Positions 1-9,237 of a stretch of 64,000 nt of DNA are shown in pieces. The position numbers were made by a program, and so were the translations under genes. The DNA comes from an uncultured Desulfarculus sp. (GTDB taxonomy: Bacteria; Desulfobacterota; Desulfarculia; Desulfarculales; Desulfarculaceae): assembly GCA_963665125.2 (NCBI GenBank), contig CAXXUK010000002.1, positions 544,001 to 608,000 of the forward strand. Direction: 5' to 3'. How positions within the stretch are numbered: position 1 is the stretch's first letter; each line of letters begins with the position of its first letter. The notes beneath the pieces are model-generated. The model made no database searches, was not told the origin of the DNA, and was given only the letters and a program-made list of their open reading frames with translations.

Positions 1-150
1 GAGATCAACATGGGCCAGGTGGTCCTTGAGATCGAACGCCTGGCCAAGGGCAACTGCCTGGTGCGCCTGGTGCCCCATCCGGGCGGCGCCATCATCACGC
101 CGGGCCGCATCCGCAGCGAAATCGAGGCCCTTTTGGAGGAAACCAAATGA
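1..150 (+). CDS. 2-oxoacid:ferredoxin oxidoreductase alpha subunit, C-terminal fragment (5' truncated by window)
   Basis: Frame 1 reads EINMGQVVLEIERLA...HPGGAIITPGRIRSEIEALLEETK*. E-x-N-x-GQ is the KorA/OorA C-terminal motif. The stop overlaps the next ATG (ATGA 147-150). Not in the ORF track. Confidence 0.85.
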   Translation, partial: EINMGQVVLEIERLAKGNCLVRLVPHPGGAIITPGRIRSEIEALLEETK

Positions 151-1037
151 GCGCCAAAGCACAGGCGGCAATGATTCCGGATCATCCCCAGGACGACCTT
201 ATCCGCACCGAGCGCATCCCCCATATCTGGTGCTCGGGCTGCGGTATCGGCATCGTCTTCGGCTCGCTGATGGCCGCCATCAATAAATCGGGCATTGCCC
301 ACGACGACATCGCCATGGTTTCGGGCATCGGCTGCACGGGCCGCATGGCCGGCTACATCAAGCTGGATTCGTTCCACACCACCCACGGCCGGGCCATACC
401 CTTCGCCACGGGCCTGAAGCTATCGCGCCCGGAGGGCAAGGTCATCGTGGCCTCGGGCGACGGCGACCTGCTGGCCATCGGCGGCAACCACTTCATCCAC
501 GCCGCCCGGCGCAACATGGACCTCACCGTGGTATGCGTCAACAACTTCAACTACGGCATGACCGGCGGCCAGGCCGCCCCGTCCACACCCCACGGGGCCA
601 AGACCACCACATCGGTGATGGGCAACCCGGATGAGCCGTTCAACTTCTGCGCCCTGGCCGCGGCCTGCGGCGCCACATACGTGGCCCGCTGGACGGCCCT
701 GCACATCCGACGCCTGACCCAAACCCTCAGCGAGGCCGTGCAGAAAAAGGGCTTCAGCTTCGTGGAGGTCATCGCCCCGTGCCCCACGGCATTCGGGCGG
801 CGCAACAAGATCCGCAAGCCCCTGGACCTGCTCAAACTCTTTTACGAGCGCTCGGTGGTCAAAAACCACATCGCCCCGGGCGAGGCGCCGGTGGATTTCC
901 ACGGCGACGTGGTTGTGGGCAAGTTCCTGGATATCCAGCGGCCCGTTTGGCTGGAGAATTACGAGGAGATGAAACGCGGCGAGATCGAACAGTGGGACAG
1001 CATGTCCGGGCAGGCCGCAAAGCGCAAGGCGGGATGA
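147..1037 (+). CDS. 2-oxoacid:ferredoxin oxidoreductase beta subunit (TPP-binding)
   Basis: WCSGCG, VSGIGC, HTTHGRA, GDGD...NN TPP motif, YGMTGGQ, PCPT. Confidence 0.95.
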   Translation: MSAKAQAAMIPDHPQDDLIRTERIPHIWCSGCGIGIVFGSLMAAINKSGIAHDDIAMVSGIGCTGRMAGYIKLDSFHTTHGRAIPFATGLKLSRPEGKVIVASGDGDLLAIGGNHFIHAARRNMDLTVVCVNNFNYGMTGGQAAPSTPHGAKTTTSVMGNPDEPFNFCALAAACGATYVARWTALHIRRLTQTLSEAVQKKGFSFVEVIAPCPTAFGRRNKIRKPLDLLKLFYERSVVKNHIAPGEAPVDFHGDVVVGKFLDIQRPVWLENYEEMKRGEIEQWDSMSGQAAKRKAG

Positions 1038-1041
1038 CGAT

Positions 1042-1620
1042 ATGAGCGATAACGTGCAAAAGGAAGTCATCATCACCGGTTTCGGCGGCCAGGGCATCAT
1101 TCTCACGGGCAACATCCTGGGCAAGGCCGCCACCATCGGCGACGGCAGACACGCCACCATGACCCAGTCCTACGGCCCCGAGGCCAGGGGCGGCTCCTGC
1201 TCTAGCCAGGTCATCGTCTCCGAAGAGCAGATACCGTTCCCCTATGCCGAGAACCCCCAGCTCATCATCTGCATGAGCCAGGAGGGCTACATCAAAAACC
1301 ACGGCCTGCTGATCCAGGGCGGGACCCTGTTGTGGGACACCGACCTGGTGGAGACCGTGGAACACGATCCGAGCTGGAAGGCCTATCACATCCCGGCAAC
1401 CCGTTTCGCCGAGGAACTGGGCAACAAGATGATGGCCAACATCGTCATGCTGGGATTCGTCTCGGCGGTCAGCGATATCGTGGAGGTCGAATCCCTGCGC
1501 GAGGCCATGCTGGGTTCGGTGCCGCCCCAGACCAGGGACAAGAACAACCAGGCCTTTGAACGGGGCCGGGAGTACGGCCAGGCCATCCTCAAGAGCCGGG
1601 CCAAGCAGGAGCAGCCGTGA
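1042..1620 (+). CDS. 2-oxoacid:acceptor oxidoreductase gamma subunit
   Basis: GFGGQGI, QSYGPEARGG and ANIVMLG motifs. Confidence 0.95.
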   Translation: MSDNVQKEVIITGFGGQGIILTGNILGKAATIGDGRHATMTQSYGPEARGGSCSSQVIVSEEQIPFPYAENPQLIICMSQEGYIKNHGLLIQGGTLLWDTDLVETVEHDPSWKAYHIPATRFAEELGNKMMANIVMLGFVSAVSDIVEVESLREAMLGSVPPQTRDKNNQAFERGREYGQAILKSRAKQEQP

Positions 1621-4600
1621 GTTCGCCCGCCAAAAAAGACGCCGCCAAGGCGGTGCTGGTGGTGGGTTCGGGCTATGGCGCGCTCAAGGCCGCCGAAGAC
1701 CTGGCCCATGCCGGCATACCGGTGGTTTGGGCCGCCCGGGGCAAGCATTTTCTGGAGTTGCCCGAAGGCGTGGAGCCCTTTGAACAGTGGCCCGGGGACC
1801 TCAACTTCCAGTTCCGGCCCCTGTATCTGCGGGTCACCCGGCATCCACTGGTGACGCCGCTGACCCAGGCCAGGGTGGAGGCCGTGGAGCAGAACGGCTC
1901 GGGCTATAAGGCAGTGGTCAAACAAGACCCGGTGTATGTGGACTATGACCTATGCACCGGTTGCAGCCGCTGTCTGGAGGTCTGCCCGCTGACCGGCGGC
2001 GACCATCCGCCCCTGAGCCGCAGTCCGGCCTTTTGCCCCAGCCGGGCCCTGATCATGGACAAACGGCCAACCAGCCCCTGCCGCCAAGCCTGCCCCCTGG
2101 GCGTCAACGCCCAGGCCTACCTGGCCATGACCGCGGCCGGGCGCTATGAAGAGGCCCTGGCCATCATCCGGAGGGACAATCCCTTGCCCGGCGTGTGCGG
2201 CTATATTTGCAGCCATCCCTGCGAAGACGCCTGCCGCAGGGCCGAGCTTGACCAGCCCCTGGCCATCCGCGACATCAAACGCTTTTTATATGACCACGAG
2301 GCCGATAGCGCTCCGGCAGCCCTGCCCGAGCCAACGGTAAAGTCCAACGGCCGCAAGGTCGCCGTTGTCGGTTCCGGCCCTGCGGGCCTCAGCGCGGCCC
2401 ACTTCCTGAACCAGCGCGGCTTCGGCGTGACCATCTTCGAGGCCATGGAACAGGCCGGGGGCATGCTCCGCCGGGGCATCAACGCCTTCCGTCTGCCGCG
2501 AAAGGTCATTGACGCCGAGATCCGGGCCCTTGCCGAAAGCGGCGTGCAGCTCAAGACCGGCGTGTCAATTACAGACACCAACACCCTATTGGATCAAGGC
2601 TTTGATGCCATATTGCTGGCCACGGGAACCCACCAGGACCTACGCCTGAATATCCCCGGCGAAGACCTGGACGGCGTTCGCCACTGCCTGGACTTCCTGT
2701 CCCAGGTCAACCTTGAGGGCTCCGGCGCGGTGGGCCCGCGCACGGTGGTCATCGGCGGCGGCAACTCGGCCATGGACGCGGCCCGCACGGCCCTACGCCT
2801 GGGCGCCACGGAAGTCACCGTGGTGGCCATTGAAACCGAGGATACGCTGCCGGCGGCCCTGCAGGAAATCCGCGAGGCCAAGGAAGAGGGCGTTGCTTTC
2901 CGGTTGGGCCTGGCTCCGGTGGAGATCGGCGGCCGGGGTAATGTTGCCGAACTGCGGGTCCGGGCGGCCCACTGGCAGTTTGATCCGGGCCAACCGGCCC
3001 GCATTGAATACGATTCCGACGAAATACAGGCCATTGAGGCCGACACCATAATCGTGGCCATCAGCCAGCGGCCCGACCTGGACCAGTGCGGCCTGAGTTC
3101 CTGCGTGGAGCAGGGGCCGGGCGGCAAACTAGCCGTGGACGAGGCCAAACGCACCAGCGATCCCAGGGTTTACGGCGCGGGCGACGTGGTCACCGGGCCC
3201 TCCACCGTGGTTCAGGCCATGGCCGGAGGCCGGGCCGCGGCGGCCAGCATCGCCGCCGATCTTACCGGCGACGCCGAGCCCTGGCCTTTGCCGAATGCTG
3301 AACACGGCGTGGGCGAGCATCTGCCCATCTCCGAAGACCTGCCCCAACAGCAGCGCCTGCCCATGGCCCAGCGCCAGGCCAAGGCCCGGCGGCGGGACTT
3401 CGAAATGGTGGATCTCGGCTATACGGTGTCCCAGGCCCAGGCCGAGGCCTCCCGCTGTCTGCAATGCGGTTCGTGTTGCGAATGCCTGGCCTGCGAGACG
3501 GCCTGCGCCGATGTGGGGGCCATTGACCACGCCCGTCAGGGCAAACGGATTAATGTCGAGGCCCCGGCCATAATCTGGGCCGAGGGCCGGGACGTGCCCT
3601 GGACCGGTCAGCCCGACGGCCACAAGGTTTTCCGGGTGGATCCGGCTGATTATTCGGCCGACCTGATGGATATCCTGATGACCGGCAGCGCCGCCGCGGG
3701 CCTGGCCATGGCCGACGCGGCCAAGCTGCGGGTGGCGGCCCGGCTCAAAAAGAAACATGCCCCGATGATGGACGATGGTCCCATGCGCTTGGGCTTTTTC
3801 GTCTGCGCCTGCAACGGCACCATGGCCCCGGCCGAAACCCTGGACCAGATTCAGGCCATGGCCGCCTCGGTGCCGGGCATTGTCCATTCGGGCCAGGTCT
3901 TCAGCCTGTGCAACCCCCGGGGGGCCGACCAAATAGCCGCCGCCGTGGCCGAGCACAAACTCAACCGGGTGATCATGGCTTCGTGCGTGTGCTGCCCCCT
4001 GGAGTTCCAGTGCATAAGCTGCAACGACCAGCGAACCAGGGCCAGGCTGCACCTGTTTGAGCGCCTGGGCCTGGACCGCAGCCGTTTCGAGATGATCAAC
4101 CTGCGCGATCACCTGGAGGCCCAGAACTATACGCCGGATGAAATCATCAGCCGGGCCCGCCATCTGCTGCGCGCGGCCTTTATCCGCAGCCAATACCTTG
4201 GTCCTCTGCGCCAGGGCGTCACGGAAATGGGCAAGCGGGTGCTGATCTTGGGCGGCTCCACTGTGGGCCTCAGCGCGGCCCGCAACCTGGCCCTGCAAGG
4301 CCTCAGCGTGCGGCTGGTGCACAAGGCCACCCTGCCGGGCAGGCCCGTGCCGCTATCGGTGGCCGACCGGGCAATCGAACCCCTGGACGGCAATATCGCC
4401 ACGGTGGACCAGGCCGAAATCCTGGGCATCAGCGGCTGTATGGGCGACTTCAGCATCAAGGCCAAGGTGGACGGCAAGGCCCGCACCTGGAAGGCCGATG
4501 TAGTCTGCCTGACCGATGAAAGCGTCTTGCCCCTGTCTCTGTATGCCGGTGAAACAGGCCTGAAGAAGTTCTACCGCTATGATTTCGCCTTCTTCAATTC

Positions 4601-4973
4601 ACCCCAGACGGGAATTTACCGGGTTATGCCGGTGACGTTGCGCCGTATCGGCGCCGACCGGGCCGGAGCGGCCCTGGCCGGGGAAGTGGCCACCACGGCG
4701 GCCAGGGCCTATCTGCAGGACCACCAACTCAGCCCGGTGGTGGACCCGGACCGCTGCCGGGGCTGCGGCAACTGCGTGGAGATCTGCCCCTTTGAGGCGG
4801 TGAGCCTGCGGGAAAACGAAGACGGCAGCTATACATCGGAGGTCCACCGCCACAACTGCGTGGGTTGCGGCGGCTGTGTCGGGCGCTGCCCGGTGACGGC
4901 CATGGACATACCGTATTTTTCCAACCGCCTGCTCAAGGAGATCCTGAGCAACCGGCTCAGTAAAGAGGCCTGA
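1617..4973 (+). CDS. HdrA/HdrL-like multi-[4Fe-4S] FAD-dependent oxidoreductase with an internal GltD/NfnB-like NAD(P)H module
   Basis: GTGA overlap with the gamma gene. Degenerate N-terminal Rossmann motif (VVGSGYGA), CxxCxxCxxxCP, PCRQACP...CGYICSHPCEDAC (Fer4_20-like), GSGPAG and GGGNSAMD motifs, HdrA-N-like FFVCACNG segment, two C-terminal ferredoxin motifs. Confidence 0.85.
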   Translation: MSSPAKKDAAKAVLVVGSGYGALKAAEDLAHAGIPVVWAARGKHFLELPEGVEPFEQWPGDLNFQFRPLYLRVTRHPLVTPLTQARVEAVEQNGSGYKAVVKQDPVYVDYDLCTGCSRCLEVCPLTGGDHPPLSRSPAFCPSRALIMDKRPTSPCRQACPLGVNAQAYLAMTAAGRYEEALAIIRRDNPLPGVCGYICSHPCEDACRRAELDQPLAIRDIKRFLYDHEADSAPAALPEPTVKSNGRKVAVVGSGPAGLSAAHFLNQRGFGVTIFEAMEQAGGMLRRGINAFRLPRKVIDAEIRALAESGVQLKTGVSITDTNTLLDQGFDAILLATGTHQDLRLNIPGEDLDGVRHCLDFLSQVNLEGSGAVGPRTVVIGGGNSAMDAARTALRLGATEVTVVAIETEDTLPAALQEIREAKEEGVAFRLGLAPVEIGGRGNVAELRVRAAHWQFDPGQPARIEYDSDEIQAIEADTIIVAISQRPDLDQCGLSSCVEQGPGGKLAVDEAKRTSDPRVYGAGDVVTGPSTVVQAMAGGRAAAASIAADLTGDAEPWPLPNAEHGVGEHLPISEDLPQQQRLPMAQRQAKARRRDFEMVDLGYTVSQAQAEASRCLQCGSCCECLACETACADVGAIDHARQGKRINVEAPAIIWAEGRDVPWTGQPDGHKVFRVDPADYSADLMDILMTGSAAAGLAMADAAKLRVAARLKKKHAPMMDDGPMRLGFFVCACNGTMAPAETLDQIQAMAASVPGIVHSGQVFSLCNPRGADQIAAAVAEHKLNRVIMASCVCCPLEFQCISCNDQRTRARLHLFERLGLDRSRFEMINLRDHLEAQNYTPDEIISRARHLLRAAFIRSQYLGPLRQGVTEMGKRVLILGGSTVGLSAARNLALQGLSVRLVHKATLPGRPVPLSVADRAIEPLDGNIATVDQAEILGISGCMGDFSIKAKVDGKARTWKADVVCLTDESVLPLSLYAGETGLKKFYRYDFAFFNSPQTGIYRVMPVTLRRIGADRAGAALAGEVATTAARAYLQDHQLSPVVDPDRCRGCGNCVEICPFEAVSLRENEDGSYTSEVHRHNCVGCGGCVGRCPVTAMDIPYFSNRLLKEILSNRLSKEA

Positions 4974-4974
4974 G

Positions 4975-5400
4975 ATGTCACAGGTGAATATATTGGGCAT
5001 AGCCTGCAACTGGAGCCCCTATTGCTGCTATAACGCCGCCGGACAGGCGGGCATGAAACTGCCGCCCAACTTCAGTCTGATGCGGGTGATGTGCATCGGC
5101 CGCATCAATCAAGCCCTGATCCTGCGGGCCTTTGAATACGGGGCCGACGGCGTGATCCTGCTGGAGTGCGAAGACTCGGACTGCCGCTACGGGCCCGGCC
5201 CGGAGGTGGGCCACACCAACGTGCAAAGGGTGCGTAAGCTGTTGCATTTTCTGGGTATCGGCCAGGAGCGCCTGGTGGAGAAAACCTTCCAGGCTGATCA
5301 AAAGGAGGAACTGGTCCAGACCCTTTGGGATTTTGCCGAGAAGATCGAGGCCATGGGGCCCAACCCGGCCAAACCCCATCAGGAGGCCGTAGCATCGTGA
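4975..5400 (+). CDS. mvhD: MvhD/FlpD-family [2Fe-2S] protein (variant Cys pattern)
   Basis: RVMCIGRI, AFEYGADGV, C-x4-C-R-Y and GIGQERL. The N-terminal motif is CNWSPYCCY rather than CNWCSY. Confidence 0.85.
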   Translation: MSQVNILGIACNWSPYCCYNAAGQAGMKLPPNFSLMRVMCIGRINQALILRAFEYGADGVILLECEDSDCRYGPGPEVGHTNVQRVRKLLHFLGIGQERLVEKTFQADQKEELVQTLWDFAEKIEAMGPNPAKPHQEAVAS

Positions 5401-6584
5401 AGCTCGACAGCCCGGAAATCAAAAAGATCGTCAAGGACCGCTCCCTGTACATGTGCCTGGAATGCGGCAAGTGCAGTTCGTCGTGCCCCCGCTTTGTCTC
5501 AGGCAAGGAGTATTCGCCCCGGCTGTTGGCCCACAAGCTCATCTCCGAGCCCGAGGACTCGCTCTACATCCAAAACTCGGTGTGGGAATGTCTGACCTGC
5601 GGCCTGTGCGAGGAACGCTGCCCCTCTGGTGTGGAGTTCGTGCGCTTCATCCTGGATATGCGCGGCATTCTGGCCGATCATATGGGCCTGATGGGCTACC
5701 GGGCCCACGACGGGGCCCTGCATTCCTGGATGCGCCTGATGACCGCGCCGGACCTGGAGCAAAACCGCCTGGAGTGGGTGGAGCCTGAACTCAAGACGGC
5801 CAAGGACGGCAAGATCGCCTTTTTCAGCGGCTGCGCGCCGTACTTTGACGTGTTTTTCAGTCGGAACCACGTCGACACTGTGAGCATGGCCCAAGACAGC
5901 GTGCGTCTCCTGAATTTTCTGGACATCGAACCGGTGCTCCTGGAAAACGAGCGCTGCTGCGGCCATGATCTGTTGTGGAGCGGCGACCACAAAAACTTCG
6001 AGGATCTGTGCCGTCTGAACTACCAGCAGTTCAAGGACCACGGCGTTGAGGAAGTCGTCACCCATTGCCCGGAGTGCTTCCAGGCCCTCGGCGTGTTCAT
6101 GCCCGAGGTCATCAAGGGGTTCGACCTCAAGGTGACGTATTTATTGGACCTGGTGGAGCGCGAGGTGCAAAAGGGCGGGGTGTCGTTCAAGCCCCTGGAT
6201 CGCAAGGTGACCTACCAGGACCCCTGCCGCCTGGGCCGCATGGCTGGGCGCTACGAGGGGCCCCGCAACCTGCTGAAGATGATCCCCGGCCTGGAACTGG
6301 CCGAGATGGAAAGCAACCGCCACAGCGCCATGTGCTGCGGCAACAACTCGTTCATCAACTGCGACGCCTATTCCAAGCGCATCCAGGTGGAGCGACTGAA
6401 ACAGGCTCGGGATACCGGGGCCAAGACCCTGGTCACGGCCTGCCCCAAGTGCCAGATTCATACCACCTGCGCCATGCGCGACCCGGTGAAGGGCCCCAGC
6501 CTGGCCATGGAGCTTCGGGGGGTGGTCAATATCCTGGCCGAACAAATCGAGTGGGCCCAGGATGAAAAACCCCGCCGCGACTAA
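5397..6584 (+). CDS. HdrD-like (Fe-S)-binding protein with two ferredoxin motifs and two CCG domains
   Basis: GTG at 5397 overlaps the mvhD stop, after AGGAGG. CLECGKCSSSCP, CLTCGLCEERCP, RCCG...HCPEC, YQDPCRLGR, MCCG...TACPKC. Confidence 0.9.
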   Translation: MKLDSPEIKKIVKDRSLYMCLECGKCSSSCPRFVSGKEYSPRLLAHKLISEPEDSLYIQNSVWECLTCGLCEERCPSGVEFVRFILDMRGILADHMGLMGYRAHDGALHSWMRLMTAPDLEQNRLEWVEPELKTAKDGKIAFFSGCAPYFDVFFSRNHVDTVSMAQDSVRLLNFLDIEPVLLENERCCGHDLLWSGDHKNFEDLCRLNYQQFKDHGVEEVVTHCPECFQALGVFMPEVIKGFDLKVTYLLDLVEREVQKGGVSFKPLDRKVTYQDPCRLGRMAGRYEGPRNLLKMIPGLELAEMESNRHSAMCCGNNSFINCDAYSKRIQVERLKQARDTGAKTLVTACPKCQIHTTCAMRDPVKGPSLAMELRGVVNILAEQIEWAQDEKPRRD

Positions 6585-6636
6585 TGCCTTGGGGTATAAA
6601 GGACTATACGGTTTTCAGCCGAGAGGATATTGGTAA

Positions 6637-9096
6637 ATGTCTGAAATAAAACAGAACGTTGAACCCAGGGTGGGCGTTTACGTCTGCCATTGCGGGCTCA
6701 ATATCGCCGGAGTGGTCGACTGCCCGGCGGTGGCCGAGTATGCCTCGGGCCTGGAGGGCGTGGTAATCGCCCGGCACGACGGCTACTGCTGCTCCGAGCC
6801 GGGCCAGCAGGTCATCAAGGACGACATCGTCCAGCATGGCCTCAACCGGGTGGTGGTGGCTTCTTGTTCACCCCGCCTGCACGAGCCCACCTTCCGCCAG
6901 TGCGTGGCCGACGCGGGCCTCAACCCGTATCTAATGGAGATGGCCAACCTGCGCGAGCAGTGCTCGTGGGTCCACTCCGACGACCCCGAAGGCGCCACGT
7001 CAAAGGCCAAAGACCTCGTCCGCTCAGCCGTGGCCCGGGTTAGGGGCCTGGCCGTGCGCCAAGAGATCGAAGTGCCCATGGAACAATCCACGTTGGTCAT
7101 CGGCGGCGGCGTCGCCGGTGTGCAGGCCGCCCTGGACCTGGCCGACGCTGGTTACAAAGTGACTCTTGTCGAAAAAGAGCCCAGTATAGGAGGTATGATG
7201 GCCAGGTTGGATAAGACCTATCCGACCATGGACTGCTCCATATGAATTTTGGGCCCGAAGATGGCGGATGCCGGTCGGCATCCAAACATAACGTTGCTGA
7301 CCAACAGCGAAATTAAATCGGTCACCGGATATGTGGGCAACTTTGAGGCACGCATCCTGAAAAAGGCCCGCTTTGTTGTCGAGGGTGATTGCACAGCCTG
7401 CGGCGACTGCGTGGAGGTCTGCCCTGTTGTCGTGCCCGATGAATTCAACGAGGGGTTAAGCTCCCGCCGGGCCATTTACCAGCCCTTCCCCCAGGCCGTG
7501 CCTTCGGCCTTTGTGGTGGACATGGACAACTGCCTGGGCCACGACCCCATCAAGTGCGGCAAGTGCTCGGAGCGTTGCGAAAAGGGCTGCATCGACTTCA
7601 ACATGAGCGACGAGGAGATCCAGGTCAAGGTGGGCACCATCGTGGTGGCCACGGGCATGGAGATCTACGACCCCACGATATTGGACGAATACGGCTACAC
7701 CCGCCACCAGAACGTGCTGACCAGCATCGAACTGGAGCGGCTGATCAACTCCGGCGGGCCCACAAAGGGCCATGTCGTGCGCTTGACCGACCGCCAGACG
7801 CCCAAGTCGGTGGCCTTTATCCAGTGCGTTGGCTCGCGTTCCCAGAAGCGGGGCAACCCCTATTGCTCCAACATCTGCTGCATGAACACCATCAAGAACA
7901 CCTTGCAACTCAAGGAACACTACCCGGAGATCGACCTCAAGGTCTTCTATATCGACATCCGGGCGTTCGGCAAGGGCTTCGAGGACCTGTTCCGCCGCAG
8001 CCGGGGCGAGGGTGTGCAGTATGTCCGCGGCATTCCCGGCGACATCAAGGAAGACCCCGAGACCAAGGACCTGATCCTCACCGTGGAGAACACGGCAACC
8101 AACGAGCTGGAAAAACACCGGGCCGAGATGGTCGTGCTAGCCACGGGCGTGCATCCGCCCGAGCAGATGAATATCGTCCAGGAAATGCTGGCCCTGCAAA
8201 AATGCTCGGACGGCTTCTATCTGGAGGCCCATCCCAAGCTCCAGCCGGTGGATTCTGCCACCAAGGGCATCTTCTTCGCGGGCTGCGCCGAGGGGCCCAA
8301 GGACATCAAGGAATCGGTGACCCAGGCATCGGCCGCCGCGGCCAGGGCCATGCGCCTGATGACGCCGGGCAAACTCAAGGTCGAGGCGGTGACCGCCGAG
8401 GTCAACGCCGACGCCTGCACCATCTGCGGCATCTGCGCCAGGGTCTGCCCCTACAACGCCATCGAAGTCGACAAAAAGGCGGGCAAGCCGGCCCACGTCA
8501 ACGAGGCGGCCTGCGCGGGCTGCGGCACCTGCGCCGCCGAATGCCCGTCCGACGCCATCCTCATGCACCACTTCACCGACCGGCAGATCGAGTCTCAGGT
8601 CGATGCGGTTCTCGAGGAAGACCCGGCCGGTGTGATCACCGTGTTCGCCTGCAACTGGTGCTCCTATGCCGGGGCCGACTATGCCGGCGTTTCGCGCCTG
8701 CAATATCCGGCCAACACCCGCCTTATCCGCACCATGTGCTCGGGCCGCGTGTCCGAAAAATTCATCTGGCGGGCCTTTGCCGGAGGCGCGGCGGTGGTGC
8801 TGGTCTCGGGCTGCCACTTTGGCGACTGCCACTACATCGACGCCAACCACTGGACCGACAAGCGCATCAAGCGCATGTGGAAGAAGATGGAAAAGATGGG
8901 CATCCGCCAGGAGCGCCTGCAACTGGAGTGGATCAGCGCGGCCGAGGGCGTGCGTTTCCGCGACGTGATGGCGGGCATGGAGCGTCTGCGCCTGGGCGTC
9001 ACGGCCGATGAAATCGCCGAAACCCAGCGCATCCTGGCCGAACAGGCCGCCAAGGACGCGGCCAAGGGAGCGGCCAAGGAGCAGACCGCGGCCTGA
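6637..9096 (+). CDS. hdrA: Heterodisulfide reductase subunit A-like flavoprotein fused to C-terminal MvhD domain; selenoprotein (TGA 7243-7245 = Sec)
   Basis: ORFs 6637-7245 and 7249-9096 are in the same frame, joined as [18 protein letters not shown] (canonical DKTFPTxDCxxCILxPKM). Also [29 protein letters not shown], ferredoxin motifs, and an MvhD domain ([29 protein letters not shown]). Confidence 0.92.
7243..7283 (+). promoter_or_regulatory. Bacterial SECIS-like element after in-frame UGA
   Basis: Perfect 7-bp stem GGATGCC (7266-7272) / GGCATCC (7277-7283) with a GGTC loop. The loop starts 27 nt after the UGA. Confidence 0.8.
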
Positions 9097-9113
9097 TATT
9101 GAACCGCAACACC

Positions 9114-9150
9114 AACAGCCTCCGCGCCCTGCACGGGGGCTGTTTTTTTA
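9114..9150 (+). terminator. Rho-independent terminator of the kor-hdr operon
   Basis: AACAGCCTCCG...CGGGGGCTGTT stem followed by a T-run. Confidence 0.75.
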
Positions 9151-9237
9151 TTTTGACCGCCCATATGGGTGATTGCGGCCCGTCATCACGCTGTTATCCT
9201 GATTGGTATCAACGCCATGGATATGGAGGAAAGCGTG

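Noticed and set aside
7188..7200. Internal AGGAGGT followed by ATGATG as a restart site
   Set aside because: It encodes the conserved IGGMM segment, the spacing to ATG is too short, and it lies upstream of the UGA so would not bypass it.
6637..7245. hdrA as a nonsense pseudogene or two separate genes
   Set aside because: The TGA aligns with a conserved Cys, the frame is preserved, and a SECIS-like hairpin follows.
420..9011. Many long antisense or alternate-frame ORFs (e.g. 3129-4322, 7554-9011; also 38577-40100, 54700-56055)
   Set aside because: These are shadow ORFs typical of high-GC coding DNA, overlapping well-supported genes.
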